This document shows, in pieces, positions 7,842 through 17,270 of a stretch of 43,006 nucleotides of DNA (positions are counted from its first letter, which is position 1; the number at the start of each line of letters is the position of its first letter). Source of the DNA: a virus (taxonomy: Duplodnaviria > Caudoviricetes). The translations under genes and the position numbers were made by a program. Below the pieces are notes generated by a model. That model saw nothing but the letters and a program-made list of their open reading frames with translations. It made no database searches and had not been told where the DNA came from. The stretch lies in IMG/VR virus record IMGVR_UViG_3300035492_000412, positions 1 through 43,006 of that record. One strand, given 5' to 3'.

Positions 7842-8686
7842 AAAAGCTCCCCATCGTGTCCGCCATCGAGCGGATGGCCGAGCGCAAGGGCGTGAAGCTG
7901 CTGATGCTGGGCAAGTCCGGCATCGGAAAAACCACGCGGCTCAAAGACCTCGACCCGGCCACCACGCTGTTCCTCGACATCGAGGCCGGAGACTTGGCGG
8001 TGGCCGACTGGCCGGGCGACACCATCCGTCCGGCTTCGTGGCCGGAGAGCCGCGACTTCTTCGTGTTCCTCGCGGGCCCGGACAAGTCACTGCCGCCTGA
8101 GAGCGCGTTCTCGCAGGCGCACTACGACCACGTCATCGAGAAGTTTGGCGACCCGGCGCAACTCGACCGCTACCAGACCTTCTTCCTCGACTCGATCACG
8201 CAGCTGTCCCGTCAGTGCTTCGCGTGGTGCAAGACGCAACCGGGTGCCGTCAGCGACCGCTCCGGCAAGCCCGACCTGCGCGCGGCCTATGGCCTGCTCG
8301 GCCAGGAAATGATCAGCGCATTGACCCATTTGCAGCACGCACGGGGCAAGAACGTGGTGTTCGTGGCGATCCTCGACGAACGCCTCGATGACTACAACCG
8401 CAAGGTGTTCGTCCCGCAGATCGAAGGCAGCAAAACAAGTCTGGAGCTGCCCGGCATCGTGGACGAGGTCGTGACGTTGGCCGAGATCAAGGCCGAGGAT
8501 GGCAGCACCTACCGCGCCTTCGTCACGCACACCGTCAATCCCTACGGCTTTCCGGCCAAAGACCGCAGCGGTCGCCTCGACCTACTGGAGCCGCCGCATC
8601 TCGGCGCGCTGATCGCAAAGTGCGCGGGTACATCCATCACGCCCGCCAGCGCCACCACCACGACCCCCACTGAATCCCAGGAGTAA
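7838..8686 (+). CDS. AAA_24 / Sak4-like ATPase (single-strand annealing recombinase candidate)
   Basis: Walker A GKSGIGKT, LFLDIEAG, Walker B FFLDSIT, C-terminal AKDRSG; followed by an SSB-like gene. Confidence 0.8.
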   Translation: MKKLPIVSAIERMAERKGVKLLMLGKSGIGKTTRLKDLDPATTLFLDIEAGDLAVADWPGDTIRPASWPESRDFFVFLAGPDKSLPPESAFSQAHYDHVIEKFGDPAQLDRYQTFFLDSITQLSRQCFAWCKTQPGAVSDRSGKPDLRAAYGLLGQEMISALTHLQHARGKNVVFVAILDERLDDYNRKVFVPQIEGSKTSLELPGIVDEVVTLAEIKAEDGSTYRAFVTHTVNPYGFPAKDRSGRLDLLEPPHLGALIAKCAGTSITPASATTTTPTESQE

Positions 8687-8691
8687 TCGCC

Positions 8692-9318
8692 ATGTCTTCC
8701 AACTACTTTGATTTTCAGGATGCCGATCCCCAACAGTCTGGCTTCGACCCGATTCCCAAGGGCGTCATCGCGCCGATGCGCATGATCTTGAAGCCGGGCG
8801 GCTATGACGATCCCAGCCAGGGCTGGACGGGTGGTTATGCAACCCAGTCGTTCGACACCGGCGCGATTTACCTTTCCGCCGAGTTTGTGGTCACTGGCGG
8901 TGACTACGTGAAGCGCAAGCTTTGGTCGAACATCGGGCTGTACTCGCCCAAGGGTCCGACCTGGGGCCAGATGGGGCGCAGCTTCATCCGCGCTGCACTC
9001 AACAGCGCCCGCAACGTCCACCCGCAGGACAACAGCCCCCAGGCTGCAGCCGCGCGTCGCATCCAAGGCTTCCACGAGCTGGATGGCCTGGAGTTCCTCG
9101 CCCGCGTCGACATCGAGAAGGACGGCAAAGGCCAGGACCGCAACGTGGTCAAGGTCGCAGTCGAACCCGACCACCCCGACTATGTCAAGTTGATGGGTGT
9201 GCCGACCAAGGCTTCGGGTGGCGGCACCTCCGGCGCTCCGGCGCAGGCAGCGCCCGCGTATCAGGCCCCGGCTCCGCAGCGCGCACCCGTGACGGGCAAA
9301 CCGTCGTGGGCGCAGTGA
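8692..9318 (+). CDS. Phage ssDNA-binding-like protein (DUF669-type)
   Basis: Position after the Sak4-like gene; beta-rich core, Ala/Pro-rich linker and terminal PSWAQ. Confidence 0.6.
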   Translation: MSSNYFDFQDADPQQSGFDPIPKGVIAPMRMILKPGGYDDPSQGWTGGYATQSFDTGAIYLSAEFVVTGGDYVKRKLWSNIGLYSPKGPTWGQMGRSFIRAALNSARNVHPQDNSPQAAAARRIQGFHELDGLEFLARVDIEKDGKGQDRNVVKVAVEPDHPDYVKLMGVPTKASGGGTSGAPAQAAPAYQAPAPQRAPVTGKPSWAQ

Positions 9319-9329
9319 GGGAGGTCGCC

Positions 9330-10184
9330 ATGAACGCATCCATGCTCACAGCCAGCCACTACGGCGTCGTGCATTTCGGCGATCTCGACTGCGAGGCGGT
9401 CGTGCTCACCACCGGCGAGCGCGGCTACGTCCGCAAGGAACTGGCCAAGCTCCTCGGTTTCCACGAATCGCACAAGGGTGGCCGTTTCGCCCGTTTTTTG
9501 GCCGAAATCGCGCCTAACTCATTGTCTTTATTGGAGAAATCATCCGGGCCGATTTTGCTGCCATCGGGACGCCAGACCCAGTTCTTCCCTGCAGGCATCA
9601 TCGCGGACGTGGCCACTTCCGTGGTGGACGCGGCCATCGCGGGCACGCTGCACCGCGCTCGCCAGGGCATCGTCGGTAACTGCCTGACGATCATGCGGGC
9701 GCTGGCTACCACCGGCGAGGTCGCGCTGATCGATGAGGCCACCGGCTACCAGCACCACCGCGCACCGGATGCGCTGCAGGAGTTGATCTCCAAACTGCTG
9801 CGCCAGTCCTGCGCATCGTGGGAGCGCCGCTTCCATCCGGACTACTACCGCGCCATCTATCGGTTGTTCGGCTGGAAATACCAGGGTCACGATCAGAACC
9901 CTCCTCACGTCGTCGGCCAGATCACGCTGCGCTGGGTGTACGGGCCGGTGCTCCCGGAGGACTTGCTGGGCGAGATTCGCAATCGCAAGGGCATCTCGCA
10001 GAAGCACCACCAGTGGCTGTCCGATCAGGGGCTCGCGCATCTGGAATCGCAGATTCACGCGGTCACGGCCATTGCGCGCAGCTCAATGAGCTATCCCGAC
10101 TTCAAGCGCCGCTGCGAGGCCGCCTTTGCTGGCGCTGCCCTGCAGTTGGGCCTGCTGCTCGATGAACTCGAGGAAGGGGCGTGA
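9330..10184 (+). CDS. P63C domain-containing protein
   Basis: ALIDEATGYQ and WERRFHPDYYRAIYRL..W...P..VG.IT..WVY motifs; GGAGG RBS before ATG 9330. Confidence 0.8.
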   Translation: MNASMLTASHYGVVHFGDLDCEAVVLTTGERGYVRKELAKLLGFHESHKGGRFARFLAEIAPNSLSLLEKSSGPILLPSGRQTQFFPAGIIADVATSVVDAAIAGTLHRARQGIVGNCLTIMRALATTGEVALIDEATGYQHHRAPDALQELISKLLRQSCASWERRFHPDYYRAIYRLFGWKYQGHDQNPPHVVGQITLRWVYGPVLPEDLLGEIRNRKGISQKHHQWLSDQGLAHLESQIHAVTAIARSSMSYPDFKRRCEAAFAGAALQLGLLLDELEEGA

Positions 10185-10681
10185 AATGCTGGGTCTGCAA
10201 ACGACAGGCCCGGGGCTACGGCCACACCGACAACCGCCACGGTGTGGGCGATCCCCGGCGCTATCCCATCGATTGGGTGTTCTGCTCGCGTCGCTGCCAG
10301 GAGGCGTTTCACGCGCTGTACGGCAACTGGCAGCGGGCCAAGGAAGGTCACATCGACAACTCGGAGGTCGCCATGATCGATCCGTCTGATGTCGAACTGG
10401 CCGCGATGAAGAAGTGCCTCAAGGCCTTCGGCGAGGCAGCGGGCGAGATCGGCTTCACCAAGCCGCTGGGCGATTACTCCGAGGCCGAGGCCCTGCAGGT
10501 AATCGACGCCATCGTCACTTGCTGGTCGGACGCAATGGTCGCGCACCACGAGTCCAGCAAGTTTCCACCCGTGCGGGGCTTGTCGCCCACTCCCGATCCG
10601 CTGGCACCCGAAGCCGCCAACCCGTTCGCGGATCTGGAGGACGACCTGCCCTGGGAAGAACCGAAGGGGAAGAGGCCATGA
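10181..10681 (+). CDS. Zn-finger plus DUF6511-like phage protein
   Basis: CWVC...FCSRRC; C-terminal DLEDDLPW; GTGA overlap with the previous stop. Confidence 0.65.
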   Translation: MKCWVCKRQARGYGHTDNRHGVGDPRRYPIDWVFCSRRCQEAFHALYGNWQRAKEGHIDNSEVAMIDPSDVELAAMKKCLKAFGEAAGEIGFTKPLGDYSEAEALQVIDAIVTCWSDAMVAHHESSKFPPVRGLSPTPDPLAPEAANPFADLEDDLPWEEPKGKRP

Positions 10682-11412
10682 TGGACTTCAATTCCTCATC
10701 GAGCATCGCGGGCCAGGTCACCGCCCTGGTCGACGCCGGGTTGCAGCAGGCCCGTGCCCGCCAGTCTGAGCGCCAGTACCTCGGGGCCTCGCGCCTCGGG
10801 GTGGCTTGCGAGCGTGCGCTGCAGTTCGAGTACGCCAAGGCTCCCATCGACCACGGGCGGGACGCACCGGGCCGGATGCTGCGCATCTTCGAGCGCGGCC
10901 ACGTCATGGAGGACTGCATGGTCGCTTGGCTACGGGACGCGGGTTTCGACCTGCGCACCCGCAAGGCTGACGGCGAGCAGTTTGGTTTCTCGGTGGCCGA
11001 TGGTCGCCTTCAGGGTCACGTTGACGGTGTCATCGTCGCGGGCCCGGAAGGCTTCGCTTATCCCGCGCTCTGGGAGTGCAAGTGCCTGGGCAACAAGTCC
11101 TGGAACGACCTGGAGAAAAAGGGCCTGGCCATCTCCAAGCCCATCTACGCCGCGCAAGTGGCGATCTACCAGGCCTATCTCGAACTGCACGAGCACCCGG
11201 CGATCTTCACGGCGCTCAACGCCGACACCATGGAGATCTACACCGAGCTTGTGCCCTTTGACGCGGCGCTGGCCCAACGCATGTCGGATCGGGCAGTGAA
11301 GGTCATCACGGCGACCGAGGCAGGCGAGCTGCTGCCACGCGTCTTCCACGACTCGAACCACTTCGAATGCCGGATGTGCGCGTGGCAAGACCGCTGCCGG
11401 AGGACGCAATGA
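10678..11412 (+). CDS. PD-(D/E)XK exonuclease (Cas4-like phage nuclease)
   Basis: YLGASRLG..C, GHVDG, LWECK, YAAQVAIYQ, terminal CRMCAWQDRC cysteine cluster. Confidence 0.8.
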   Translation: MMDFNSSSSIAGQVTALVDAGLQQARARQSERQYLGASRLGVACERALQFEYAKAPIDHGRDAPGRMLRIFERGHVMEDCMVAWLRDAGFDLRTRKADGEQFGFSVADGRLQGHVDGVIVAGPEGFAYPALWECKCLGNKSWNDLEKKGLAISKPIYAAQVAIYQAYLELHEHPAIFTALNADTMEIYTELVPFDAALAQRMSDRAVKVITATEAGELLPRVFHDSNHFECRMCAWQDRCRRTQ

Positions 11413-11621
11413 ACCATACCCAATCACAAGCACCAGCGGCGGAACCGATGGTGGGGGCACGCCACGCTGCCCGCCTGCTCAATCTTCCGCCGTACTACTT
11501 CACCAAGCCTCGGTGCCGCGTCTCCAAGCGCATTCCTCACTACCGGGTTGGCCAGATGGTTCGCTTCCGGATGTCGGAACTCAGGGCATGGGCGGTCACG
11601 CAAGGAGGCGTGCATGAGTGA
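11409..11621 (+). CDS. Small excisionase-like HTH protein
   Basis: AARLLNLP...RIPHYRVGQMVRFRMSELRAW; ATGA overlap. Confidence 0.7.
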   Translation: MNHTQSQAPAAEPMVGARHAARLLNLPPYYFTKPRCRVSKRIPHYRVGQMVRFRMSELRAWAVTQGGVHE

Positions 11622-12210
11622 CTACCGTGTCCGCATCTCCGTGCGCAATGCCCGGCTGCTGCGTGCCATCGAGCGGGCGGGTCACAGGCCGGGCGCACCA
11701 TTCGCTGCCGCCGTCGGCATCAGCTACTACGGGGCGCTGTTGCCATACATCAACCTCACTCGCTCGCCGCTGACGCCGGATGGTTTGCTGCGGGAATGCG
11801 CGTGGAACCTGTGCGACTTCCTGAACGCATCACCCTCAGACCTGTGGTCGGATGCCCAACTCCAGCCGCTGGAAACGAACCACTCTAGCATTGATCTGGA
11901 TGCAGACAGCGTGCAAGCACTGGCCTGTGGAACGGCGTCTGCCGACCCGTTGCGGCTGGCCAGCCACGCGCAGGCAGGGCGAATCATTCAGGATGCCCTC
12001 GATTCGCTGACGCCGCGTGAGGCGGACGTGATCCGCGAGCGCTTCTTTGTCGGCTCGTCGCTCGACGAGATCGCCGAGAAGATGGAGGTCACGCGCGAGC
12101 GCGTCAGCCAGATTGAGGGAAAGGCTCTGCGCAAGTTGCGCCACGAATCTCGCATCCCGCACGAGCTGGCCGGTATCGCCGATGTGATCGGAGGTGCCAC
12201 CGATGCTTGA
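11614..12210 (+). CDS. Regulator with XRE-like N-terminus and sigma70 region 4 C-terminus
   Basis: LDSLTPREADVIRERF...SLDEIAEKMEVTRERVSQIEGKALRKLRH closely follows RpoD region 4.2; AGGAGG RBS. Confidence 0.8.
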   Translation: MSDYRVRISVRNARLLRAIERAGHRPGAPFAAAVGISYYGALLPYINLTRSPLTPDGLLRECAWNLCDFLNASPSDLWSDAQLQPLETNHSSIDLDADSVQALACGTASADPLRLASHAQAGRIIQDALDSLTPREADVIRERFFVGSSLDEIAEKMEVTRERVSQIEGKALRKLRHESRIPHELAGIADVIGGATDA

Positions 12211-14497
12211 CTTCAACGACACCCCAAAACCCGTCGAGCCCCGGCGCATCCTCGATGACAGCGAACGCGAGGAACTGCGTGCAGGCCTGATCGCTGGCCT
12301 TTCCTCGGTGCTTGCGACGATGTTCCCAGCTGGCAAGCGACGCCGGGGAAAGTTCCTGATCGGGGACGTGTTGGGTAGTCCTGGCGACAGCCTTGAGGTG
12401 GTGCTGGACGGTGAGAAGGCCGGGTTGTGGACGGATCGCGCGACGGGCGATGGCGGCGACATCTTTTCGCTCATCGCCGGGCATTCGGCGCTCGACATCC
12501 ACACCGACTTCAATCGTGTGCTGGATGCCGCCGCCGATCTGCTCGGTCGCGCTCGCGAGATGCCAGTACGCCGATCCGGCAAGAAAGACGTGCCGGTCGA
12601 CGAGCTCGGCCCGGCCACAGCGAAATGGGACTACCTCGATGCGGCGGGCCATCTCATCGCCGTCGTCTACCGCTACGACCCGCCCGGGCAGAAAAAGCAG
12701 TTCCGGCCCTGGGATGCCAAGCGTCGCAAGATAGCACCGCCCGACCCGCGTCCGCTCTACAACCAGCCTGGGATGGCCAGCGCCGCGCAGGTGGTGCTGG
12801 TCGAGGGTGAGAAATGCGCGCAGGCCCTGATCGATGTGGGCATCGTGGCCACCACGGCGATGCACGGCGCGAACGCTCCGGTCGAGAAGACCGACTGGTC
12901 GCCGCTGTCCGGTAAGGCCGTCCTGATTTGGCCCGACCGCGACAAGCCGGGCTGGGAGTACGCCACGCAGGCGGCACAGGCCATCCTGTCGGCGGGCGGG
13001 AAATCCTGCCACATTCTGTACCCACCCGAAGAAGCTGCCGAGGGCTGGGATGCGGCGGACGCCATCGCCGAGGGCTTCGATGTCGCCACTTTCCTCACAC
13101 ACGGGCCGCGCCTGCAGATGCACGACGTGGCCGATGACGTGGATCCGGTGGTCAGCAGTGACGAATCCGTCTGGGGTACGGAGGACGCGCTGGCGTTGTC
13201 CTTCACGCGTCGCTACCACCGTGACTGGCGCTACGTGGCTGGCTGGGGCAAGTGGCTGGTGTGGGATGGCCAACGCTGGCGCACCGAGGACACGTTGGCG
13301 GCCACGGATCTGATCCGCAGCGTCTGTCGGCAGACGGCTGTGGGCGCCGATAACCCCAAGGTTGCGGCGAAGCTCGCCAGCGCCAGTACGGTCGGTGGTG
13401 TGGAGCGGCTGGCGCGCGCTGACCGCAGGCACGCGGCCACCACCGACGAGTGGGACGCCGATCCGTGGCTGCTCAACACGCCGGGCGGCATGGTCGATCT
13501 CAAGACAGGCCGGATGCGCCCGCACGAGCGTGCCGACCGGATGACCAAGATCACCACAGCCACACCCAGCGGCGACTGCCCGACGTGGAAGCAGTTCATC
13601 GACGAGGTCACGGGCGGCGACAAGGAACTTCAGTCTTACCTGCAACGGATGGTCGGTTACGCGCTAACCGGATCGACGCAGGAGCACGCGCTGTTCTTCC
13701 TGTACGGCACAGGCGCGAACGGCAAGTCGGTGTTTGTCAACACGCTGGCCACCATCCTCGGCGACTACGCAACCAATGCCCCGATGGACACCTTCATGGA
13801 GACGCGCACCGACCGGCACCCAACTGATATGGCGGGACTGCGCGGCGCGCGCTTCGTAGCGGCCATCGAAACTGAACAGGGAAAACGCTGGGCCGAGTCC
13901 AAGCTGAAGAACCTCACCGGTGGCGACAAGATCTCGGCGCGCTTCATGCGCCAGGACTTCTTCGAGTTCTTCCCGCAGTTCAAGTTGTTCGTGGCGGGCA
14001 ACCACAAGCCCGCCATTCGCAATATCGACGAGGCGATGAAACGCAGGCTGCATCTGATCCCTTTCACGATCACCGTGCTGCCCGAGCGCCGTGACAAGAA
14101 CCTGCAGCAGAAGCTCCTGGCCGAACGTGACGGCATCTTGGCGTGGGCCGTGCAGGGTTGCCTCGACTGGCAACGCCACGGACGACTCTCCCCGCCGCAG
14201 CGCGTGGTGGACGCCACCGAGGAGTATTTCGAAGCCGAGGATGCGTTGGGCCGCTGGCTCGATGAGCGTTGCGTGCGCGAGGCCAACGCCAAGTCGCTGA
14301 CGGCAGAACTGTTCAACGACTGGAAGCCGTGGGCAGAGGCAGCGGGCGAATTCACCGGTTCGCAGAAGCGCTTTGCCGATCTGCTGCTCAACCGGGGCTT
14401 GGATAAATGGCGCAACGGCATGGGCTTGCGTGGGTTTCAGGGCATTGGCCTCAAGTACCCGCCAGCACCCACTTACACCCCTTACGCCGATGACTGA
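12203..14497 (+). CDS. P4-family primase-helicase (TOPRIM + D5_N + SF3 helicase)
   Basis: TOPRIM LVEGEKCA and IWPDRDKPG; LNTPGGMVDL..G; Walker A YGTGANGKS; LTGGDKISARFMRQDFFEF; GNHKP. Confidence 0.9.
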   Translation: MLDFNDTPKPVEPRRILDDSEREELRAGLIAGLSSVLATMFPAGKRRRGKFLIGDVLGSPGDSLEVVLDGEKAGLWTDRATGDGGDIFSLIAGHSALDIHTDFNRVLDAAADLLGRAREMPVRRSGKKDVPVDELGPATAKWDYLDAAGHLIAVVYRYDPPGQKKQFRPWDAKRRKIAPPDPRPLYNQPGMASAAQVVLVEGEKCAQALIDVGIVATTAMHGANAPVEKTDWSPLSGKAVLIWPDRDKPGWEYATQAAQAILSAGGKSCHILYPPEEAAEGWDAADAIAEGFDVATFLTHGPRLQMHDVADDVDPVVSSDESVWGTEDALALSFTRRYHRDWRYVAGWGKWLVWDGQRWRTEDTLAATDLIRSVCRQTAVGADNPKVAAKLASASTVGGVERLARADRRHAATTDEWDADPWLLNTPGGMVDLKTGRMRPHERADRMTKITTATPSGDCPTWKQFIDEVTGGDKELQSYLQRMVGYALTGSTQEHALFFLYGTGANGKSVFVNTLATILGDYATNAPMDTFMETRTDRHPTDMAGLRGARFVAAIETEQGKRWAESKLKNLTGGDKISARFMRQDFFEFFPQFKLFVAGNHKPAIRNIDEAMKRRLHLIPFTITVLPERRDKNLQQKLLAERDGILAWAVQGCLDWQRHGRLSPPQRVVDATEEYFEAEDALGRWLDERCVREANAKSLTAELFNDWKPWAEAAGEFTGSQKRFADLLLNRGLDKWRNGMGLRGFQGIGLKYPPAPTYTPYADD

Positions 14498-14507
14498 CAC
14501 AACCGCG

Positions 14508-14601
14508 TCTGACGGATCGGACGGACTACGTCGTAACTCCTACACGTGCGCGTGCGCGCACCTCATGGAAGGTTTCGATACGACCCGCCCGATCCGTCAG
14601 A
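14508..14601. repeat. Long inverted repeat downstream of the primase; candidate replication origin
   Basis: TCTGACGGATCGG (14508-14520) / CCGATCCGTCAGA (14589-14601), 13 bp perfect and 16/17 when extended; inner GTCGTA/TACGAC pair. The origin role is inference. Confidence 0.55.
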
Positions 14602-14625
14602 CCAGCCAAAACAAGGACTGACACC

Positions 14626-15102
14626 ATGACCACGACCATCCTCGCCCTCGATCTGGGTACCACCACCGGCTGGGCGCTGCGCGGCAGTGACGGCCACATC
14701 ACCAGCGGTTCCGAGAGCTTTCGTCCGCAGCGCTTCGAAGGCGGCGGAATGCGCTTCCTACGCTTCAAGCGCTGGCTCACCGAGATCAAGCAATCCTGCG
14801 ACGGCATCGACTGCCTGCACTTCGAGGAAGTGCGCCGCCACGTTTCCACGGATGCAGCCCACGCCTACGGCGGCTTCCTCGCCACGCTCACCGCCTGGTG
14901 CGAGCACCACCAGATCCCGTACCAGGGCGTGCCCGTGGGCACGATCAAGAAGCACGCCACTGGCAAGGGCAACGCCAGCAAGGACGAGATGGTGGCGTCC
15001 GCCCGTGCCCGTGGATATACCCCGGCCGACGACAACGAGGCCGACGCGCTGGCCATCCTGCACTGGGCTGTCCACCACCACGACCTTGGACAGGAGGTGT
15101 GA
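14626..15102 (+). CDS. RuvC-like Holliday junction resolvase
   Basis: ILALDLGTTTGWA, FEEVRRH, IKKHATGKGNASK, DDNEADALA. Confidence 0.8.
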   Translation: MTTTILALDLGTTTGWALRGSDGHITSGSESFRPQRFEGGGMRFLRFKRWLTEIKQSCDGIDCLHFEEVRRHVSTDAAHAYGGFLATLTAWCEHHQIPYQGVPVGTIKKHATGKGNASKDEMVASARARGYTPADDNEADALAILHWAVHHHDLGQEV

Positions 15103-15103
15103 T

Positions 15104-15523
15104 GTGCGCAGCCCTTGGACGATTGAGGACGTGGCAGCACGCTTCGAGGAAGCTGCCAGCACCGGACGTCGCCTGCCACCCGTGCGTGTGCAGGGCTACT
15201 TCAACACCTGGCCTATCATCGTGCGCAAGGAGTGGGAGACGTTCGCTGCGGATGAGCACGTCTATCGACCATTCCCTCCCACGCCCGAAGCTATCGACCG
15301 GATGCTGGAGGCGATGAAGTGGGTGCAGTGGCTGGAGGTCGAGCAACGACACCTGGTGTGGATGCGCGCCAAGCGCTACGGTTGGCGAGACATCACGATC
15401 CGCTTTGCCTGCGACCGCACGACGGCGTGGCGGCGGTGGCAGAAGGCATTGCAGACGGTGGCTGACCAACTCAACGACTGCGTCGTCGCGGGATCGTCTT
15501 TGAACGCGAATGAGCGCGGATAG
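15104..15523 (+). CDS. DUF6362-like HTH protein, probable late-gene regulator
   Basis: GGAGG RBS plus GTG 15104; WTIEDVAARFEEAA...LVWMRA....WRDI....CDRTTAWRRWQKAL; last gene before the cos-like region. Confidence 0.65.
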   Translation: MRSPWTIEDVAARFEEAASTGRRLPPVRVQGYFNTWPIIVRKEWETFAADEHVYRPFPPTPEAIDRMLEAMKWVQWLEVEQRHLVWMRAKRYGWRDITIRFACDRTTAWRRWQKALQTVADQLNDCVVAGSSLNANERG

Positions 15524-15652
15524 GCTGTCATGCGCTGCCATCAGCTACCAACTGCGGCTTTTGCCCCTGCAACAAAGCAGACTGATCAGGGGTAGTATTT
15601 CAGCTATCTTCTGGACAACAGTGACGGTTCGGCGAGCGGCCCGAGGCAAAAG

Positions 15653-15779
15653 GGGTCCTTCCTCGCCAGAATCCAATGCGGGGGGCGCGAGCGCGACGCT
15701 TTTTTAGCGTCAGGGCGCGGACAAGGTTACCAGTCGGCCAGGTTACCGGCTCCGGTTACCACCCCCAGGCGCAGTTACC
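15653..15779 (+). other. Candidate lambda-type cos region (cosQ, cosN and cosB-like repeats)
   Basis: GGGTCCT (15653-15659, identical to lambda cosQ), then TGCG-GGGGGCGCGAG-CGCG (15677-15695), then four (G)GTTACC repeats at 15725, 15741, 15754 and 15774; the terminase is GpA-type. Confidence 0.55.
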
Positions 15780-15804
15780 ACCCCACCAGAATCTTCATTC
15801 AACC

Positions 15805-15842
15805 AACCCGCCCTGCGGCAACGCTCGGCGGGTTTTGCTTTT
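15805..15842 (+). terminator. Intrinsic terminator-like hairpin before the methyltransferase genes
   Basis: AACCCGCC (15805-15812) / GGCGGGTT (15827-15834) followed by TTGCTTTT. Confidence 0.5.
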
Positions 15843-15854
15843 GGGACTTCCACT

Positions 15855-17270
15855 TTGAACACGCTCAACGTCGAGTACCGCAAGGTCGAGGCGCTGATTC
15901 CCTATGCCCGCAATCCGCGCACGCACGCCGAGGGTCAAATCGCCAAGATCGCGGCCAGTATCGTCGAGTACGGCTGGACTAACCCGATCCTGGTCGATGG
16001 CGACAACGGCATCATCGCCGGACACGGGCGTCTAGCCGCTGCCCGCAAGCTCGGACTGGATCAGGTGCCGGTGATCGAACTGGCTCATCTGACCGTCGCT
16101 CAGAAACGCGCGCTGGTGATCGCCGACAATCGGCTGGCGCTGGATGCGGGCTGGGACGAGGAGATGCTGGCCCTCGAGCTGGCCGATTTGTCCGACGCCG
16201 GGTACGACCTGGCACTTACCGGGTTCGAGGATGCCGAGATCGAGGCACTGCTCACCAGTGAGGTGACCGACGACGATTCCGCTCCGGATTCCGACGCCGA
16301 GGAACCGGACGCCACAGACGACGTGCCGGGTGTACCGGCCGTGGCGGTGTCTCGCCCCGGTGATGTCTGGGCGATTGGACCGCACCGCCTGATCTGTGGC
16401 GACGCCACCGACCGGGAGGTGGTCGCTGCGCTGATGCAAGGCGATGCCGCGCGGCTGTGCTTCACCTCGCCGCCCTACGGCAACCAGCGCGACTACACCT
16501 CGGGCGGCATCTCCGATTGGGACGGTCTGATGCGCGGCGTCTTCGCGCACCTGCCGATGGCGGGCGACGGTCAGGTGCTGGTCAACCTCGGCCTGATCCA
16601 CCGCGACAACGAGGTGATCCCGTATTGGGACGCGTGGCTCGGCTGGATGCGCAGCCAGGGCTGGCGGCGCTTCGCGTGGTACGTCTGGGATCAGGGCCCG
16701 GGGATGCCCGGCGACTGGGCAGGCCGCTTCGCCCCGAGCTTCGAGTTCGTCTTCCACTTCAACCGCGAAAGCCGCAAGCCGAACAAGATCGTGCCCTGCA
16801 AGCACGCCGGGCAGGAATCGCACCTGCGCGCCGATGGCTCGTCCACGGCGATGCGTGGCAAGGATGGCGAGGTGGGTGGCTGGACGCACAAGGGCCAGCC
16901 GACACAGGACACCCGCATCCCCGACAGCGTGATCCGCGTGATGCGCCATAAGGGCAAGATCGGTCAGGACATCGATCACCCCGCCGTGTTCCCGGTCGCG
17001 CTGCCGGAGTTCGTGATCGAGGCCTACAGCGACGCTGGCGACATCGTGTTCGAACCCTTCGGCGGCAGCGGAACGACGATGCTCGCCGCCGAGCGCACGG
17101 GGCGCGTCTGCCGTAGCGTGGAGATCGCCCCGCAGTACGTGGACGTCGCCATCAAACGCTTCCAGCAGAACCACCCCGGCGTACCGGTCACCTTGATCGC
17201 TACCGGTCAGTCCTTCGACCAGGTGGCTGCGGAGCGCGCAACCATCCGGGATGCCGAGGTGGTGGCATGA
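15855..17270 (+). CDS. ParB-N-fused beta-class DNA methyltransferase (SPPY; N4-C or N6-A)
   Basis: ParB-like LIPYARNPRTH...IIAGHGR...ADNRL; FTSPPY; HPAVFP; FEPFGGSGTT. TTG start. Confidence 0.88.
   Translation: MNTLNVEYRKVEALIPYARNPRTHAEGQIAKIAASIVEYGWTNPILVDGDNGIIAGHGRLAAARKLGLDQVPVIELAHLTVAQKRALVIADNRLALDAGWDEEMLALELADLSDAGYDLALTGFEDAEIEALLTSEVTDDDSAPDSDAEEPDATDDVPGVPAVAVSRPGDVWAIGPHRLICGDATDREVVAALMQGDAARLCFTSPPYGNQRDYTSGGISDWDGLMRGVFAHLPMAGDGQVLVNLGLIHRDNEVIPYWDAWLGWMRSQGWRRFAWYVWDQGPGMPGDWAGRFAPSFEFVFHFNRESRKPNKIVPCKHAGQESHLRADGSSTAMRGKDGEVGGWTHKGQPTQDTRIPDSVIRVMRHKGKIGQDIDHPAVFPVALPEFVIEAYSDAGDIVFEPFGGSGTTMLAAERTGRVCRSVEIAPQYVDVAIKRFQQNHPGVPVTLIATGQSFDQVAAERATIRDAEVVA

Noticed and set aside
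10678-11412. CRISPR-associated cas4
   Set aside because: No other cas genes or repeat-spacer array; it sits in a phage recombination/replication operon.
15568-15598. sigma70 late promoter (TAGTAT at 15593-15598)
   Set aside because: The -10 is plausible but there is no acceptable -35 at the correct spacing; too weak to report as a feature.
15725-15779. GGTTACC repeats as a mini CRISPR or tandem repeat
   Set aside because: Repeats are only 6-7 bp with short irregular spacing; protein-binding sites fit better.
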